A stretch of DNA of 64,000 nucleotides from Balanoglossus misakiensis (GCA_040954595.2 CM082590.2:10318088-10382087), one strand, 5' to 3'; counted from the stretch's first letter, positions 1 to 13,875 are shown. Made by a program: numbers and translations. The notes: a model not told the origin generated them from the letters alone.

Positions 1-146
1 CAAACAGGCCAATAGATCGGGCAACTTCATCAACGATCATATGATTTCAGAGTGTGGGGCCAAAAGGGCCAATTGACGTGGCAACTTCGTCAACGAACGC
101 GTAAATTATCAGAGTGTTGAACTATTTATTTATTTATTTTTTATAG

Positions 147-306
147 ACCAATATTTCGCCAGGAGCAAAGTACAACTTGGATTTTTACATAGACGAGGAT
201 GACTACAAGCAATTTTTCGTTCCCCTCACTGAAGAACAGAAAAAAAGACTACCACCAGAGTACTACGAAGCCAAAGGATGCAAGCCAGCCAACATGTTTC
301 TTTTGA
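147..306 (+). other. Possible terminal coding exon of a gene that starts left of the window
   Basis: A T-rich tract ending in TTATAG at 146 is followed by an open frame TNISPGAKYNLDFYIDEDDYKQFFVPLTEEQKKDYHQ...CFF*. No homology recognised. Confidence 0.3.
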
Positions 307-930
307 AAGAGCAAGGTGCATCGGAAGACTAGATAAATTATGTTGTCTATGTCATTTCCATCGCCATGGTAACAAGAACCACGTGACTTTACCATGGTAA
401 CAAGAATCATGTGACTTTGACAAAATGTGATTTTACCTGGCAGATTCACCCGAGTATATAAGGTCATACTTGCAATTGTATGAAACTGTTTGACGGGAAA
501 ATAAATTGTTTATAAACTGTCTTTATCCCTTCTGAAAATTGTCGTTCCTGTACTTTCGACCTTCTGATCTTGAGAAGTAAACTTCTCATATATTTGAAAT
601 TAAACTTCAAAGTGGACATTATTATTTTTCTAAGATTGCATGAATTGAATAAATGGGACCCAGTTTACCACGAGGCGTCACGCGTGCGCTTGGAACGCTC
701 GGCGTCTCGACTGAGGAAAGTAAGAACGCGCATTTTCCTTTCCACGTGGTTTGATCAACACGACTTGAATTCTGTCTCGAGATTCAAAAGCAGAAAGAAC
801 ATAACGCACAAATAAAGGTTCCAGAATGATGTAGAATATTTCGAAGCAAGACGCTCTCCTTGGATATTTTATTTGGGCTTTGAAAATCTTGCCAGATGTT
901 TTGTTTCATCCATCCCGAAGAGTTGACCAA

Positions 931-1692
931 ATGAACGACATCGTTCTGTTGTTCGAGACAGACTCCTGGATCGATATGTTCAGAAGAATTGTTTTCCGAA
1001 ACTGCGAGAGAAACGCTCGGAGTGCCACGCTCACACAGGGACCAGTGGAACTGAACGGAGACGGCGTCGCGTTGTCCTGTAACACTTTAGGCTTCGATAC
1101 CACCACGGAAAACTCGCTGATTTTCGGCGAACAGGGTAAAAGCGTCGCCATTAACGACGGCAGAATATTCCAAGTGAATATCGTAGGTGTAGAACCCAAA
1201 AACGAACTCCATTTCGGACCACATGCGAACACAGTGGAAAATAACGGGCTTGTCGTGCAAATCAATATTTACCGACAGGTACTGGTGAAGGACGACAAAT
1301 TTTATATTTGCGCGACTGAGGCAACACGCCTAGCTTTTGGAAACGACAAAACAACCATTAAAAACAACGGAACTATCATCAAAATTGACATCTACGGAGC
1401 AGAGTTGACTCATATGACGGGGGAGCTGGATCTAGCAATCGTTCGCAATGGCATTGATTCTCCAGTCGTCAAGATAAAAACTTGGAACAGGCAAGTCATT
1501 TCAATTTATCTGGCTTTACCGATACACACATGTTGGCAAAGAAATGTTCAGAAAATATCAAGTGTAGATGTGCAGATGACAGATATCCGACCAGCAGTTG
1601 CTAATCAACATTTAGCCTCGGTTACCATGGAGACTCAGACTAGGGCAGTTTTAGCCGATACAAGTGCGCCCCCACAAGGCCATTACAACTAA
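931..1692 (+). CDS. Orphan single-exon ORF (254 codons including stop, from ATG 931) with three ~35-aa internal repeats
   Basis: Long non-repetitive open frame (880-1692 in the track). Repeated motif: LIFG..SVAINDGRIFQVNIVG / LHFG..TVENNGLVVQINIYR / LAFG..TIKNNGTIIKIDIYG. An upstream CpG-rich stretch (660-720) ends in a donor-like AAG|GTAAG. Family not recognised. Confidence 0.55.
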   Translation: MNDIVLLFETDSWIDMFRRIVFRNCERNARSATLTQGPVELNGDGVALSCNTLGFDTTTENSLIFGEQGKSVAINDGRIFQVNIVGVEPKNELHFGPHANTVENNGLVVQINIYRQVLVKDDKFYICATEATRLAFGNDKTTIKNNGTIIKIDIYGAELTHMTGELDLAIVRNGIDSPVVKIKTWNRQVISIYLALPIHTCWQRNVQKISSVDVQMTDIRPAVANQHLASVTMETQTRAVLADTSAPPQGHYN

Positions 1693-2921
1693 TCGCAACA
1701 TACTTTGTTTTTTAAAAAAAACTTCGTACTTCTGTCTGTTTCTCTCCCTCCCTCCCTCCCCCTCTCAACACTTGTCTGCTTCTGTCTGCAGACGAGAAGG
1801 CCAGAAAATCAAGATAAACGGAGGCGAGATAGAATTACCGATCAGCAAAACAGACAAGTTGACAGGAATGGTGACTGACACATCATATGTGCTCAACATG
1901 ACTATTTTGGCGTTTCCAGAGAAACGGTTAGCAGAGAACTCGAGGCGCATGTGACGGTAGTTGCAGCTGCCCAACTCAGGACTGATGCATGGATGCATAT
2001 GAAGCGAGGGGAATGCACAGCACCACCACTGGCAGAAATCTATAAATCTGCTGTTTGCAGCAATTGATACGACCGTTACAGCAGTACCTGTCAAAACCAT
2101 GTACAATCTTTCACAACAAAAAACTATACCAAAGCAGTGTCTGGGGCTTGCATAGGGCTGTCATACAGGCTTCATTTCTGCTGCCTTTCTACTATGTAAA
2201 AGTTCCACAGCAAAAGGCCGTGAGATGTAATGCTCTATGCTTACAACAAATTTAGCTTGACAGTTTTGTACATACTATACTAATAAATAAAATGCCTACC
2301 TTTCTAGTTACAATGCATGCTGTTCACTTAAATGCTGTTTTCACTGTGGTCCTTTTGCAACTACAACAAATAAAACAAGTAATTCACTCACTATGCATGC
2401 TTGTTCTTTATTTACTTTCCTGCTTAGCAAAGTAATACTATGACCTTACTATACCAATGGATAACTAAAAGATCTATTAAAAAATTTTGTAACCTTATTT
2501 AAAATATTAAATAAAAAATAAAAATCTATGAAAAATAGTACATCATTAAGTTTTTGACATATACATGAAGTACACTTTATAAAATAATACATGTACGAGA
2601 GAAATATAATATTGTGTAGCAATACTTTCCATGAAATAATCATTAAATGTCAATAAGTAAAGAAGCAGGGATTGAAAACTGCCCCTTTAAGGGAAAGTGA
2701 TTATGGCGATGTGTATGTTCAGGAAAAACATCCTGAAATGTATAATTGAAATGAAAGCTACTCATTTCAAATAATATGTTTACTGTTCTTGTGCACTTTG
2801 CACTGATGACAATATGACCAGTCCAGTGTTTGTTCTCCAAGTAAACAAATGTTTATTTTGTAAACACCAAAGACCTGGATGTGTGTTTACAGGAGGCCAT
2901 TGAGGACCAACCAGGAGATAC

Positions 2922-5310
2922 TTACAAAATCAAACAGTTGAATTTTGAGTCTTCTGGATGAATGTACTGATTATCAAGAATGAACTTTTGGCGCTTGTGG
3001 GTCGACACGCTGAGGATGTCACGAAAGTATGGGAATTTCATCGCTACGCTGTCTGTTCGTGTCTCAACTTTTTCGGCGATGCTCTTGAAGAGGAACTGGT
3101 CTCCCTCTGGTGACAAGTGTACACCGTCACTGAGAAAATTACGCCAGTTCTACAATAGAAATACATGAGACAGAATAGTATATATCATTGGGGCCATTAT
3201 GGGAAGTATGAATACGTCAGAGTATGACAAGCAACATAGGATTCTGGGTAATTTGAGATCCCTTAGCATGATGCTCCTTTGCAGTATGGCTCAAAATATG
3301 AAATGAATGATCCAAAGGCAGAGAAATGAACAGAAACACAAGTGGTGTCTGAAATTAGATAATGACTCTCTGTCTTCAGGCATTTGAAGCCTCGTTGAAA
3401 GAGAACTTGGAACCAGGGCAAGAGTTGGAAGCATACAAACCTTTTCTTTCTGCATCAAGGTCCACAGATCAAGCACATCTATCCCATAGTCCTTGGCTGC
3501 AGCAAAGCAAGCCTTACTATAGTCGCCATTCACTGAATTCTTCCTGTCTACCGCTTTGCCTGTGAATTTTGTCAGAAGATGGAGAGGATTAATTAATCTT
3601 CTCTGACTTGATAGATCTGATGGGCTGTCCAAGTTTGGCAATAATGATAATAATAACTGTCATTTTATATTTAATGTGAAGGGGTCGTCGCGCCGCGTTT
3701 GTTTGTTTATAAACATAAGAATTCATCCACAAATCCCTGAAATTACATCATTCTTAGAATGAACGAAGCAGCCAACTGTATCGTAGACCGGGCATGACAG
3801 CAACTGAAGATCCCAGTAGGTCGTGGCGACTGCAATGGGGGTTTTCGCTGGTATGGGAGGACATATTCTCATCAAGGGGGACACCCACGCGGCGCGACGA
3901 CCCCTTCCCTTTAAGTATTCTGTATTGAAATTAAAAGATGTACTTCGGTGAAACATGGTAGATGTAAGCACTCCGTCCAACTTCAAAACAGACAAGAAAA
4001 CTATGGCCAACCTTTAGATTTACATTCCTTCTCCCACTTCTCATCGTCTATAGGGGGCGGTGTCACTAGAATAATCTTCTCTCTCAAGATGCTCACTGTC
4101 AGTAAATACTGCGCCATATCCTTGAGGTTGTGCTTATAATCATCGATGGACACATGCTGTTTTGGAGAACACTCTTCAAACACTGCATCATTGGATCCAA
4201 AGAAAATGACCAAGACCGCAACCTCACATGACAGGTCCTTGTTGATGAGGTCAGGTAAGATCTGCTTAGCCATGCGAGTGTTATAACCAGCAAAACCACG
4301 GTTCAAAACATCACATTTCCTGCAAAGTACGAGACATGTTTAGAATTCAAGCTGAACTCTGAAATAAATTTTCAACGATGACAATGCTGACTCTGTTACA
4401 AAGTTTGAATTAGCAGACTACAAGAAATTTCATGATGGTTTCTAGATTTACCAAACTGCAAATTCTGCCGTCCCAATGAACAAGGTCAAAGGTCATTCTG
4501 TGTGACTTACCTTGATAGTTTGTGTGAAAGTGAGGCTCCCCAGCTGTTTACGTTACCATGGTTACTAAATGATGTCTGAAAAAAGGAGCATACAAAGGCT
4601 ATCAATAAAGAATTTAGAAAATAATAATACCGGATGAATATGTGAATTTTACCTCGTTCCCTGCTTGCAGTAATTAATTCAATATACACCCTGTTCTATG
4701 ATTATTAGAGAGCTAATCAATGACTATTAAGTCATGGAGCATTTGATTAAGTAATTAGCAACACAGTTGATATTTAATATTAGGATCGACCTGTTTTTCA
4801 TTGTCATTCTACCAGTTACAAAGAGACAGCTGACAATGAAGGGAATATTTCTTAATTAATAAAATATTATGCTAACAATATTATAAGAACATATTAGACC
4901 CTTAAATAAGTAAATTAATAAATAATGTATATATCACACTGACTGTCACAATGTACAAACAGAAATAAAGAAAAGGCTAAACAAATAATATTACCTGATG
5001 AATAAATTAAACGAGACGACATCCATGTGTGCATTTTTACCAATAAATGAAATATACATAAAAATTAAACAAATAATAAATAAAACATGCTGCTACAAGA
5101 TTGGATTCAGCTTACTATTGTATTTGAAGAAATGTTGAAATGTTTGTTTTTAATATATCTGACTGTATGTAATTTCGTGAACATTTATGCTAATGCGACG
5201 AGAATAGACGGACCCTAAAACTGCCTCAGGTAGATTGCGTTTACGAAAAATTTCCTGCTTACCTGTGTTAGAGAATCTCCGAACAATATCACTTTCTGGT
5301 AACAGCTCAT
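2922..5310 (-). CDS. IAH1: IAH1-like isoamyl acetate-hydrolysing esterase (SGNH/GDSL), copy A, 5 exons
   Basis: Exons 5310-5263 (MSCYQKVILFGDSLTQ), 4575-4511 (..WGASLSHKLSR), 4319-4012 (KCDVLNRGFAGYNT..FFGSNDA..ILVTPPP), 3559-3441 and 3149-2922 (FLSDGVHLS). All introns are GT-AG and in frame. SGNH blocks I, II, III and V are present. Confidence 0.92.
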
Positions 5311-5955
5311 TTTGCTTCGAATTATCACCTAATTAGCCCCTTGCTGTTGCTAAGCACTGTCGTCGTGTGTCCAACTATAACATACAAAAAAACAGGACAA
5401 TATTCTCGTCTGAGTCGAACGAAATAGTAAATTTACATCACTATGAATGATAAACAAGCTTCAGACGAGACTGATTCCTCCTTCAACCCTAAGCTACCCA
5501 AGTTAAATTTCTACGGCTGCCTTTGTTAAAAAGAGCAAACCTCATATTGAATTTTTGCGTCGTGATAACGTATTAAAACATGTGCAAATAATAGGCCATT
5601 GATAAAATTTAATGCTGAAGCTGATAGCTTTATTTTTTTATTTTGAATGTAAATAAAACATGACCTGTATTTCAAGGACATATTCATAATACGGCAGCTG
5701 TAGGGCCTTACTCCTGTTAGGAACCCATAAGCTGGAGGCAGAGGAAAAAGGCTATCCTCATCTTTGATGCGAAATATACAGTATGGATGTTGAGAATGTT
5801 AGCGTTTCTTGAACCTGTGAGTTTGAAGACAGGACTCGATATTCGATTTTTCTTGTCTGTTTGACAATAATGAACACGATCGCCAAGTGACAACCTGGGG
5901 AACTGGAATAACATCGGATCATCTTACGGTTATTGGAAATAGACGGAGAACGGAG
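5311..5955. promoter_or_regulatory. Candidate bidirectional promoter between the two IAH1 paralogs
   Basis: The two start codons diverge with 645 bp between them. Function is inferred from this geometry. Confidence 0.55.
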
Positions 5956-8900
5956 ATGTTTTGCCGTTGGCCTAAGGTCGTCCTGTACGGCGATTCCATC
6001 ACGGAGGTAAGATGAAATATTTTCACCTTTATTACGTCGCGATCGACAAAAGTCAACCCTCATTTCGTGAGATATATGGTATAGTTTTCGTCTTAATTTC
6101 CGTAAATAAAATATATGATTTGGGGGCGTGTCTGCTTGTTGTGTTTTGGACAGAGACTGGAACTTGTGGACGCTTTAATTTTCAATCATAGCCCAACAGA
6201 TTTTTAATATTAACACCGTCATCAAACACTGTTTATTGGGGAGACTTGATTCAGATTGATGTGAACAAAATTTAATAACCGTAAGATAAAGAGTTATTTC
6301 GATACAATCATGAATCGCGAACTGTGTCGGTGAAGTGTTGTCAATTTCATGATCAAAAGCACTGCAATGTACAGAAAACGAATCGTATTTGCATAAGAAT
6401 GAATGATGTATATTTCGCTGATCCATGATCATTTCACTATATTTCTACACGGAAAACGTACTATTACGGTATTATAAAACCTATCCAGTATTTTTTTTAT
6501 TGGACTGCCATTTAAATTATGTGTCGTATTCATCAACCTATAAGTGAAAATATTAGCCAATCAAGCTCGAATAAAATTAGTCCATATTTGAGAAAACCTA
6601 TAAAAACTTCTAAAATTATAATGGGATTTGGACACAGTATTTAATGAAGATATATTTTTCCAGAGATTAATTTATCATTATTTTATTATCATAGGCAGTT
6701 TGGCATTTGACATGATTCTGCATGAAATGTTGATTAATTGCTCTAAAGGTCTATTTTCAGTCGAATAAAAATGTTATAATCATTCAAACTAGGTGATCAC
6801 ATATGGAAAATATTTGCAGTAGAAAAATTACAACCAAGATTTGACATATTTAAATGATATTAGTAGGTATGTGACAAGTAAATGTATAAAATGTATCATG
6901 CAGTATATGTAAAAAATACATCAAAAGGAATTTGCACTTTGTGGTAAAATGTGAACTTTCTCTAGACAAGTGACGAATGTTAAAATTACCATTTAGATTG
7001 CAGTGGGTGTTGGCAATGCGGTTAGTCCTGAAATAAAAATGTCACACACACTTCACCACATTGTTTTATGGTAATTGTCTGCTGGATGTATGCATAAATA
7101 GGGATATGTGTATTTCTACAGCTGTTATTCAAATATAGTGCTGTTTGTACTAATTCTAGGTAAAAATGGGAAATACTAAAAAAGCCCAAATTTACTGGTA
7201 ATCTCCATTTAATTCCTGTCAACCACCTGGGGCGTGAATAACAGATAATGTATAGCTGTTATCAGTATAATCAAGCTGAATACGCATATTAATATCTATC
7301 TCACCTGGTATGTGTTATTTCTGGTTGGATAGATGCAATCATAATAATCTATTTCTCTAGCCAGCAAACTTATGATAATTTTATCTCGTTTTGACACACA
7401 ACATTAAAAAGCTAATCTCATACTGCATGTGTTTAGCTAACAACTGACAGCAAACAGTGTTTTTTTTAGTATTAGGACATATTAATTTTTAATCATGTTA
7501 TTTTTATTGCCACTTAACTAGTACTGATGCCATTGATTGAGATTATGTATGTACAGCATGAATTTGGAACTTGTCTGTAATGTCATGGAACGATACTGTC
7601 ACTGTGTGATTACTAATTATCCATAAAGTTCAAGGTTGCAAACCAGTTGGTGCAAATAAAAAAATACAGCAGACACTGTCACTTTGATTTTCTAAAAGTG
7701 GTCGGTAAAAATGTGCAAAAATAGGTACTGAATAAGTGGATGATTTTTACTGGCTTATCGACAATCCCGAATCATGATTGAAAGTGGCGATTAAATTTTG
7801 TATTTGTCTCCTGGGAGTGTGGGATGCAATCATGGTGGTTGCTTTTGACAAGTTTGCATTCCGTCTGATCGCTCGGTCACTGCACACGTAATCCTCTCAC
7901 AGAATGAGAGTATCTTTTCATTTCAAGCAGCTTAAGTTAAAGTACTGTCAAGAGACACTTTTCTGAGACGTTGTGAAAAGGAAAAAGTCACTCAGATGCT
8001 TTTGTGCATCAAGGTGATATACAGTCTAATACACGTACATTTTGAACACACTGTATGACAAAAATGCAACATTTTGATCACAATGTATGACATATTGCCA
8101 CATTTTGAACATAATGTATAACATATTGCAACATTTTGAACACACTGTAACATTTTGAACACAATGAACTAAAAAATGTCACAGTTTTAATACATTTTGT
8201 TCAAAATGTACAGTACAATGTGTTAAAAATTTTACATTGTGAACAGTGTAACATTTTGAACACACTGTAACATATTGAACAGAGCATGGAGACAGTCCAG
8301 AGAGTGTTTGCTAAATAATGTGACCTTATGTGTTAATCTTTCTTTACTTATTGTACATGCAAGTTACAATTTGATCAAATCTGTTTTTCATTTTTGGCAT
8401 AAGTTCTAGTTGAGTACACAGCCTGTCAGCTTTTAATGTCATTATCTAATTACCATGTTATTAATCTGAGTCACTGACCTGGATTTGTCTGTACATTATA
8501 TTTGCACCGGAAATCAATCCATTTAGAACTTGTCAGGTCCTAGGATTTTATTTACTAATGCTTCATATCTTCCATTTCAGCTCTCTGATTTTTTTAAAAC
8601 ATCCCTTTTCTGTGTTGTACTGTAAATAAAGAGACAACAGTGATGAGCAAAATTTACATATGATATGCATTTCCCCTGAAATAATATTTTAATAATTCAT
8701 CTATTTCTCTATTTTTTCTAAGAAATAAAAACGTACAGTATAGTAAAATTACTTCTGTGCATTTATTCAGAATATATATAGTACATCATGGTGATATGTA
8801 CTTCTATTGCTATTTCTTGGTTGAGTCACACATTCTTTTGAACTCCGCAATGTGGTTCTTTTGAAATCGAAGCACAATTGTGATTATGTGAAATTAGAAC

Positions 8901-11900
8901 ATCACTTCATATTCAGGAAGAAATCTGAAGCAATTGTCTTCACTGACAGCTCTGACTGAAGCCAGTAGATATTACAAATTGGACCCCTCAGTATCGGATC
9001 AAATAGTATCGATTTGCTGTGTGTGTCATGAATTTTATCATAGAACTAAAATTTTTGAGGTTCACGCGTGCCCCTGTCAAGAAACATTGTGTCCCTTTAA
9101 TATCAGTAGAGTACAGTCTGGTAATCGTGCATCAATTTATTCCAAAGTAGGTCTGTTAGACAGCATGTCATTCCTCCGGAAAAGACATGGCATCTAGTAA
9201 TTTCGTCTCGTAATTTCCAATTTCTATTTCGCTTGACTCCCCACAGAATTCATTGTCTGGACTTGTACAGGAGTGACATACATGTACTCTTGAGGCAGCG
9301 TTTTGGCCAGGATATGCTCAAAGTAGGGGGTTTGTAACTTAAAATTGCACATTATTCGAACCTTTTCATAACCACATTGTTTTGTCCAAATCCAGACATG
9401 ACCATGTTTGATCATAATGAAATCTCACCCACAATTGAAAACTACCGGCTTTTGTCAAAAATCTGTGTTTGAACCACGCTTGTTCTGCAGTAGGTGTTTG
9501 AGGTGTTGCTGCTTCTATCTGTCAATTCAGACAACCAGTTTTCTCTTAAAGAAGTGAAGTCTAATTGTCAACCGAGGTGATATACAACCAAAAAAGTTTA
9601 GACGGAAATTGGCTTGTCACGATGTTGAATACAGAGAAGTGATAGCAAAGGATTTGATTTAAGGAACAAGGTTGATGTAGAGTTTGTCTCGCTTGTCTTA
9701 ATTAAAAGTAACATGTTTACAGCGAGTTTATCCAAGCCATCAGTACTGGCTTCCTGGGATGTAAATTTATATGCAAATCTTTTGGTTTGTTGTTAACATT
9801 GTACGTGTGCCTGTAGCCTTGAGATTCTTGGCTCTGTGAGTCTGACACGCATTTACAGAACTGTGCTGTCGTCCCATGATTGATAAAAAAGGTGTTTGAT
9901 GAGTTCTGTATGTTATTGGCAAAGACAACTTAAGGCATAAGTAGATAATAACATTCCAGTGAATTGTCAACATATTAACCCATAATGCAATTATCATAAT
10001 AAGATTTGACTCGCTAGCATACATGATAAAGACAGTACTGAATTTTCCTGTTTGAAATAAATGTGTTCTGACTGAAGTCTTTGAGGTAGTGATTTCACAT
10101 ATGCAGGTCAAGTCGTGAGGGATGAAGAACACAGTAAAAGCTGCTGTTCTTTAGAAAGTTGATGTCTGCACGACTGCAGATAGCTTGATTGTTGGTCGAG
10201 TTGGAAACATATAAAAAAAAGTCCACGGCTCTTGTGGCCATCAAGTTAAAGGAAAATAAAAGAAAATGATTTCCTTAAAATTGCAGTGAATTATTACAGA
10301 TATTGAAGCTGGTTTAGGTGCCTCCAATTTGAAGTCGGCTGGTCCGTGAACATTTGAACACTGATTATACATTCAGGATGTCAAGGTGGCTTATAGTTTC
10401 TTTTGGGAGACATTAGTTAGCCAAGGTTCTCTGAATCTGTGCAGCAGTATCAACTTCTACCCATTGACATGTACTGAAGTTGCCTCTCTCTAATCCTCTT
10501 GGAGTATTCTGACTTGAAAACGTAATTATACTGTACGTGAGATCCTTTGGAATTGTGAACACGATACAAATCGCTTTCTGTAGTGGCTCCATCAGAGCTT
10601 TCTACTGGCATCTGTGCAAGAGGCTTCATAATAGGGTAGATAACGACGTGCTGATCGAGTGATCTGATTGCATATTGTACACTGTATCCTCTCATGGCGA
10701 GGCAACTGTTATGTGTAAATTAGACCTACTGTGTGCGATGCCTGATTTGAGTGATAACAATATGAATTATGTTTCTTGGCATCAGCGCTAGTCCATTTTT
10801 TTCTGTGAAGCAATCTCTTTCACGCTGACTTTTACCACAACTGATTGCACTGTGCGAAAGGTTTGCAGGATGTGGTTTCCTGGAAAATTGCAACTGTTAT
10901 TGCCATTCATTTGGGGCAATTGTGGAACAGTGTGCGTGTCGCAGTTGTCATGGAAACCATGTATTGCTAGATTTCCCCAGGCCATTAACCTACCGTGCCT
11001 GTGCAGCACAACTACAAGCACTATGGATGTGTTCACAAAAATTTGCTGTCAAACACACGACTGATATTGTTACTATATTTTCTTGCCTACACACTTTACG
11101 CAAAGCTTACTTGAGTCACAATCCCTTGTTTTTATCAGTGGGACTGTGTCATCTACAATGACTTTTACTGTCTTTTTTTTTCTTGCAGCGTTCATTTGAA
11201 GATGGTCAATGGGGAGCCATACTCCAACATAAACTTCAGCGGTGAGTTCTCAGTAACCGTGTTCACACACAGAGAATTTAATTTGGACCTGGCCTGGGCT
11301 AAAATAACAACCACATTCTTTGCAATGTTCTACATTGTAGCAATTACACTACAGTGTAATACAAAGTAACAACCATTGTTTGCAATGATGTACATTGTAA
11401 TACAAAGTGATAATCAGATTGTTTGCAGTGATGTACATTGTAGCAGTTACACTACAGTGTGATACAAAGTAACAACCACACCCACCCTTTAATAATATTT
11501 TTTTCGTAATATTGAAAACTGCAGGCGATGTGATGTTGTCAATAGAGGCTACGGTGGCTACAACACAACCTGGGCAAATGTCATTCTACCTGAAGTAATG
11601 AACAAAGAAATTTGCCGTGAAGCTGACATAGTTGCCATGGTGATCTTCCTGGGATCCAATGATTCACAATCACCAGGAGAAGATATGCATGTTCCCATAG
11701 AAACATATAAGGAAAACCTACAGGTAATAATTCGTGATTACTGTGTTCATACAAAACTGATATAATACTTTCACCCCCTGTTCCCTCTTTAGAGGTCCAA
11801 CTTTACCATAGAAAACAATGACCTTGGACCAAACCATGGTAGTAAAAGGGTGAATGCTCCTCTTTCCCAGAGTAGGAATATAACATTGCCTAACACAATC

Positions 11901-13875
11901 TTTTCTTTTCTCAGGCAATGGTGAATTATTTAAAAACAGTGGACGTGACGCCAGAGACCATAATTTTCATCACCCCTCCTCCAATTAATGAAGCTGCAAT
12001 TTCTTGCTGTGAGTGGCTTGTACACAATTTTTACTTCGATCAGTTATACCATAGATAATAATTGTAATATAAGGCAAATAAAATTAATATCAGGGTAAAA
12101 AAATTAGATTTTACCTTGAAAATGTCAGCAAAGGAATATAGGCAGTGAACAGTATTTAAACAAATAATTACTGACATAATAATTTCACTGCATAGAATTT
12201 GAATTTAATTCATTAGGATGAAACCTAGTGCAATTAATATGCAATTTTCTGATCAACTAATTTGCCTGCTAATGAAAAAATGAAATCATATCACTCGGTA
12301 ATTAGATTTTTAATAAAAGTATTTAATTTGAAGCAAGACTGGAGAGAATTAAGAAAATGCAGTATGGTTTATTTAATTAGAAAATATAATAAATTAATTT
12401 TCAGATCTGAAATGGAATGACATTTTTTTCTCTGACCAAAATAAAAAATTTGACATTAAAAAATAATGTCATCAATCTGCAATTACAGAAAAACAAAACG
12501 GATAGGCAATATTGGCAGACTATTTTCAGAGGAACCATAAGTACAAACAACATTATTAGATTTGCCACTTAGAGTATTATTAGTCATCGCCACATGTGTG
12601 ACTCAAATTTAGTACAGCATGAACTAAACTGATTGCTATGGAACACATGTTCATCGAAATAGAAATCCGTCTTTAATCTTGAGCTACAAGTATAATTATA
12701 CCCAGGCTGTTGAGAGTTAGGGAGACAGATTTGTCAATAGCGCTGCTCGGGTTTCCATGGTTACTGCATCAATCTGAGGAAACAGATTATGCCATTTGTG
12801 TCTTGTATAATGGACACGTCACATGACCGGGCGACTCTGTAATCCTACAAAGGTGGTATGCTCTTTTCAAAGAACTCGCGTTCTGTGCGTCATTGAAATT
12901 GACAATGTTTTGCGCAGAAAGAATTCTCAGCTGAGGCAGTACGACTTCACATTAACCTTAAGCTATAAAACTGACTTACACCCGAGGCATTTATTAACCA
13001 CTATGAAAACATTCATATTTGAAATTTAAATGAGTACAAAATTTAATTTGATTTACCTTGAATTTTTTTATAATGCTGCCCTAACAACAGACAAGATGGC
13101 GGCAACCATAGTCTGTGTCGGAAATCGGGAAAAGACAGTTTATTGGGTGAAAAGAAGGGACAAAACTAAATTCTACGTTTGTGGTAAATTGGAAATATGG
13201 AAGGAAGCAAAGGCAGTCCAGTATTTGAATGGTTCGAATGCAAAATTGGTGGAACATTTGGATAGGGCGTAATGTTTGCACATATGAAAGAATAGTAAGA
13301 GAATATGACAGAGGGCAGTATTCACAAAGGAATTGTGTGCAGATGCTTGTAGTGTGTGCGTTCGAGTACAGTCAGTGTTATGTTATAAAGTGAAATCATA
13401 CTTCCTTTCATTCTCATCATTCAGGGAGACGTCGATGGAAAACAGATGAACTAGCAGCTGAATACGCGCAAGCCTGCTGTGATGTTGCCAAGGACAATGG
13501 CATTGAATGCTTAAATCTATACCGGACAATCCGAGATGAAGAGGTAGGAAAAATGTTATATACATTTTGTAGAATTCATGAATTGAATTTTGGAAAAGGT
13601 GTATATCATTCAACTACTACTGCTTTTGGTATTTTTCTATTCAGAATTGGACTCAGTATATGCACCACGATGGAGTTCACCTATCTCTGTCTGGGTCCCA
13701 GTTTCTGGAATCTCAACTGTGGCCGTACATAGAGAAGAGAGCGGAGCCGTTTGAGACAAAGTTCCCAAGATGGGAGGAATTTGATGAAAAGTACGAACCT
13801 CCACCCCGAGAAGTCTGCCTGAAGATGGTCAAGCAGCTTACGATAGAGGACCCAGATGAGCTGGATGAGAGTTGA
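5956..13875 (+). CDS. IAH1: IAH1-like SGNH esterase, copy B, 6 exons
   Basis: Exons 5956-6006 (MFCRWPKVVLYGDSITE), 11189-11241 (SFEDGQWGAILQHKLQR), 11525-11723 (CDVVNRGYGGYNT..FLGSND), 11915-12008 (IIFITPPP), 13425-13543 and 13645-13875 (HDGVHLS..FPRW). All introns are GT-AG and in frame. Confidence 0.9.
8036..8282. repeat. Degenerate ~20-31 bp minisatellite (ACATTTTGAACACACTGTA core) including an inverted copy
   Basis: The core recurs at about 8037, 8069, 8100, 8131, 8150 and 8251. The reverse complement TGTTCAAAATGT occurs at about 8198. Confidence 0.7.
9290..11100 (-). mobile_element. Heavily decayed transposon ORF resembling a YqaJ/lambda-exonuclease protein (ISL2EU- or Kolobok-type accessory ORF), in intron 1 of IAH1-B
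   Basis: Minus-strand motif remnants occur in the expected order: ACSC (~11010), EASTDGL (~9745, cf. GASPDG), L-V-P-*-I-K (~9655, cf. EIK), *FSIVGEI (~9430, cf. YQ..GQM), then VWIWTK..EKV..KLQTPYFEHIL (9390-9315). Many stops and frameshifts. Termini not found. Confidence 0.4.
11304..11480 (+). repeat. 62-bp minisatellite, cluster 1 (IAH1-B intron 2)
   Basis: About 3 degenerate copies of TACATTGTAGCAGTTACACTACAGTGTAATACAAAGTAACAACC..TTTGCAATGATG. Confidence 0.8.

Noticed and set aside
1-120. Two diverged ~60-bp repeats at the window start
   Set aside because: Truncated by the window edge and interrupted by stops in the plus-strand frames, so it cannot be interpreted.
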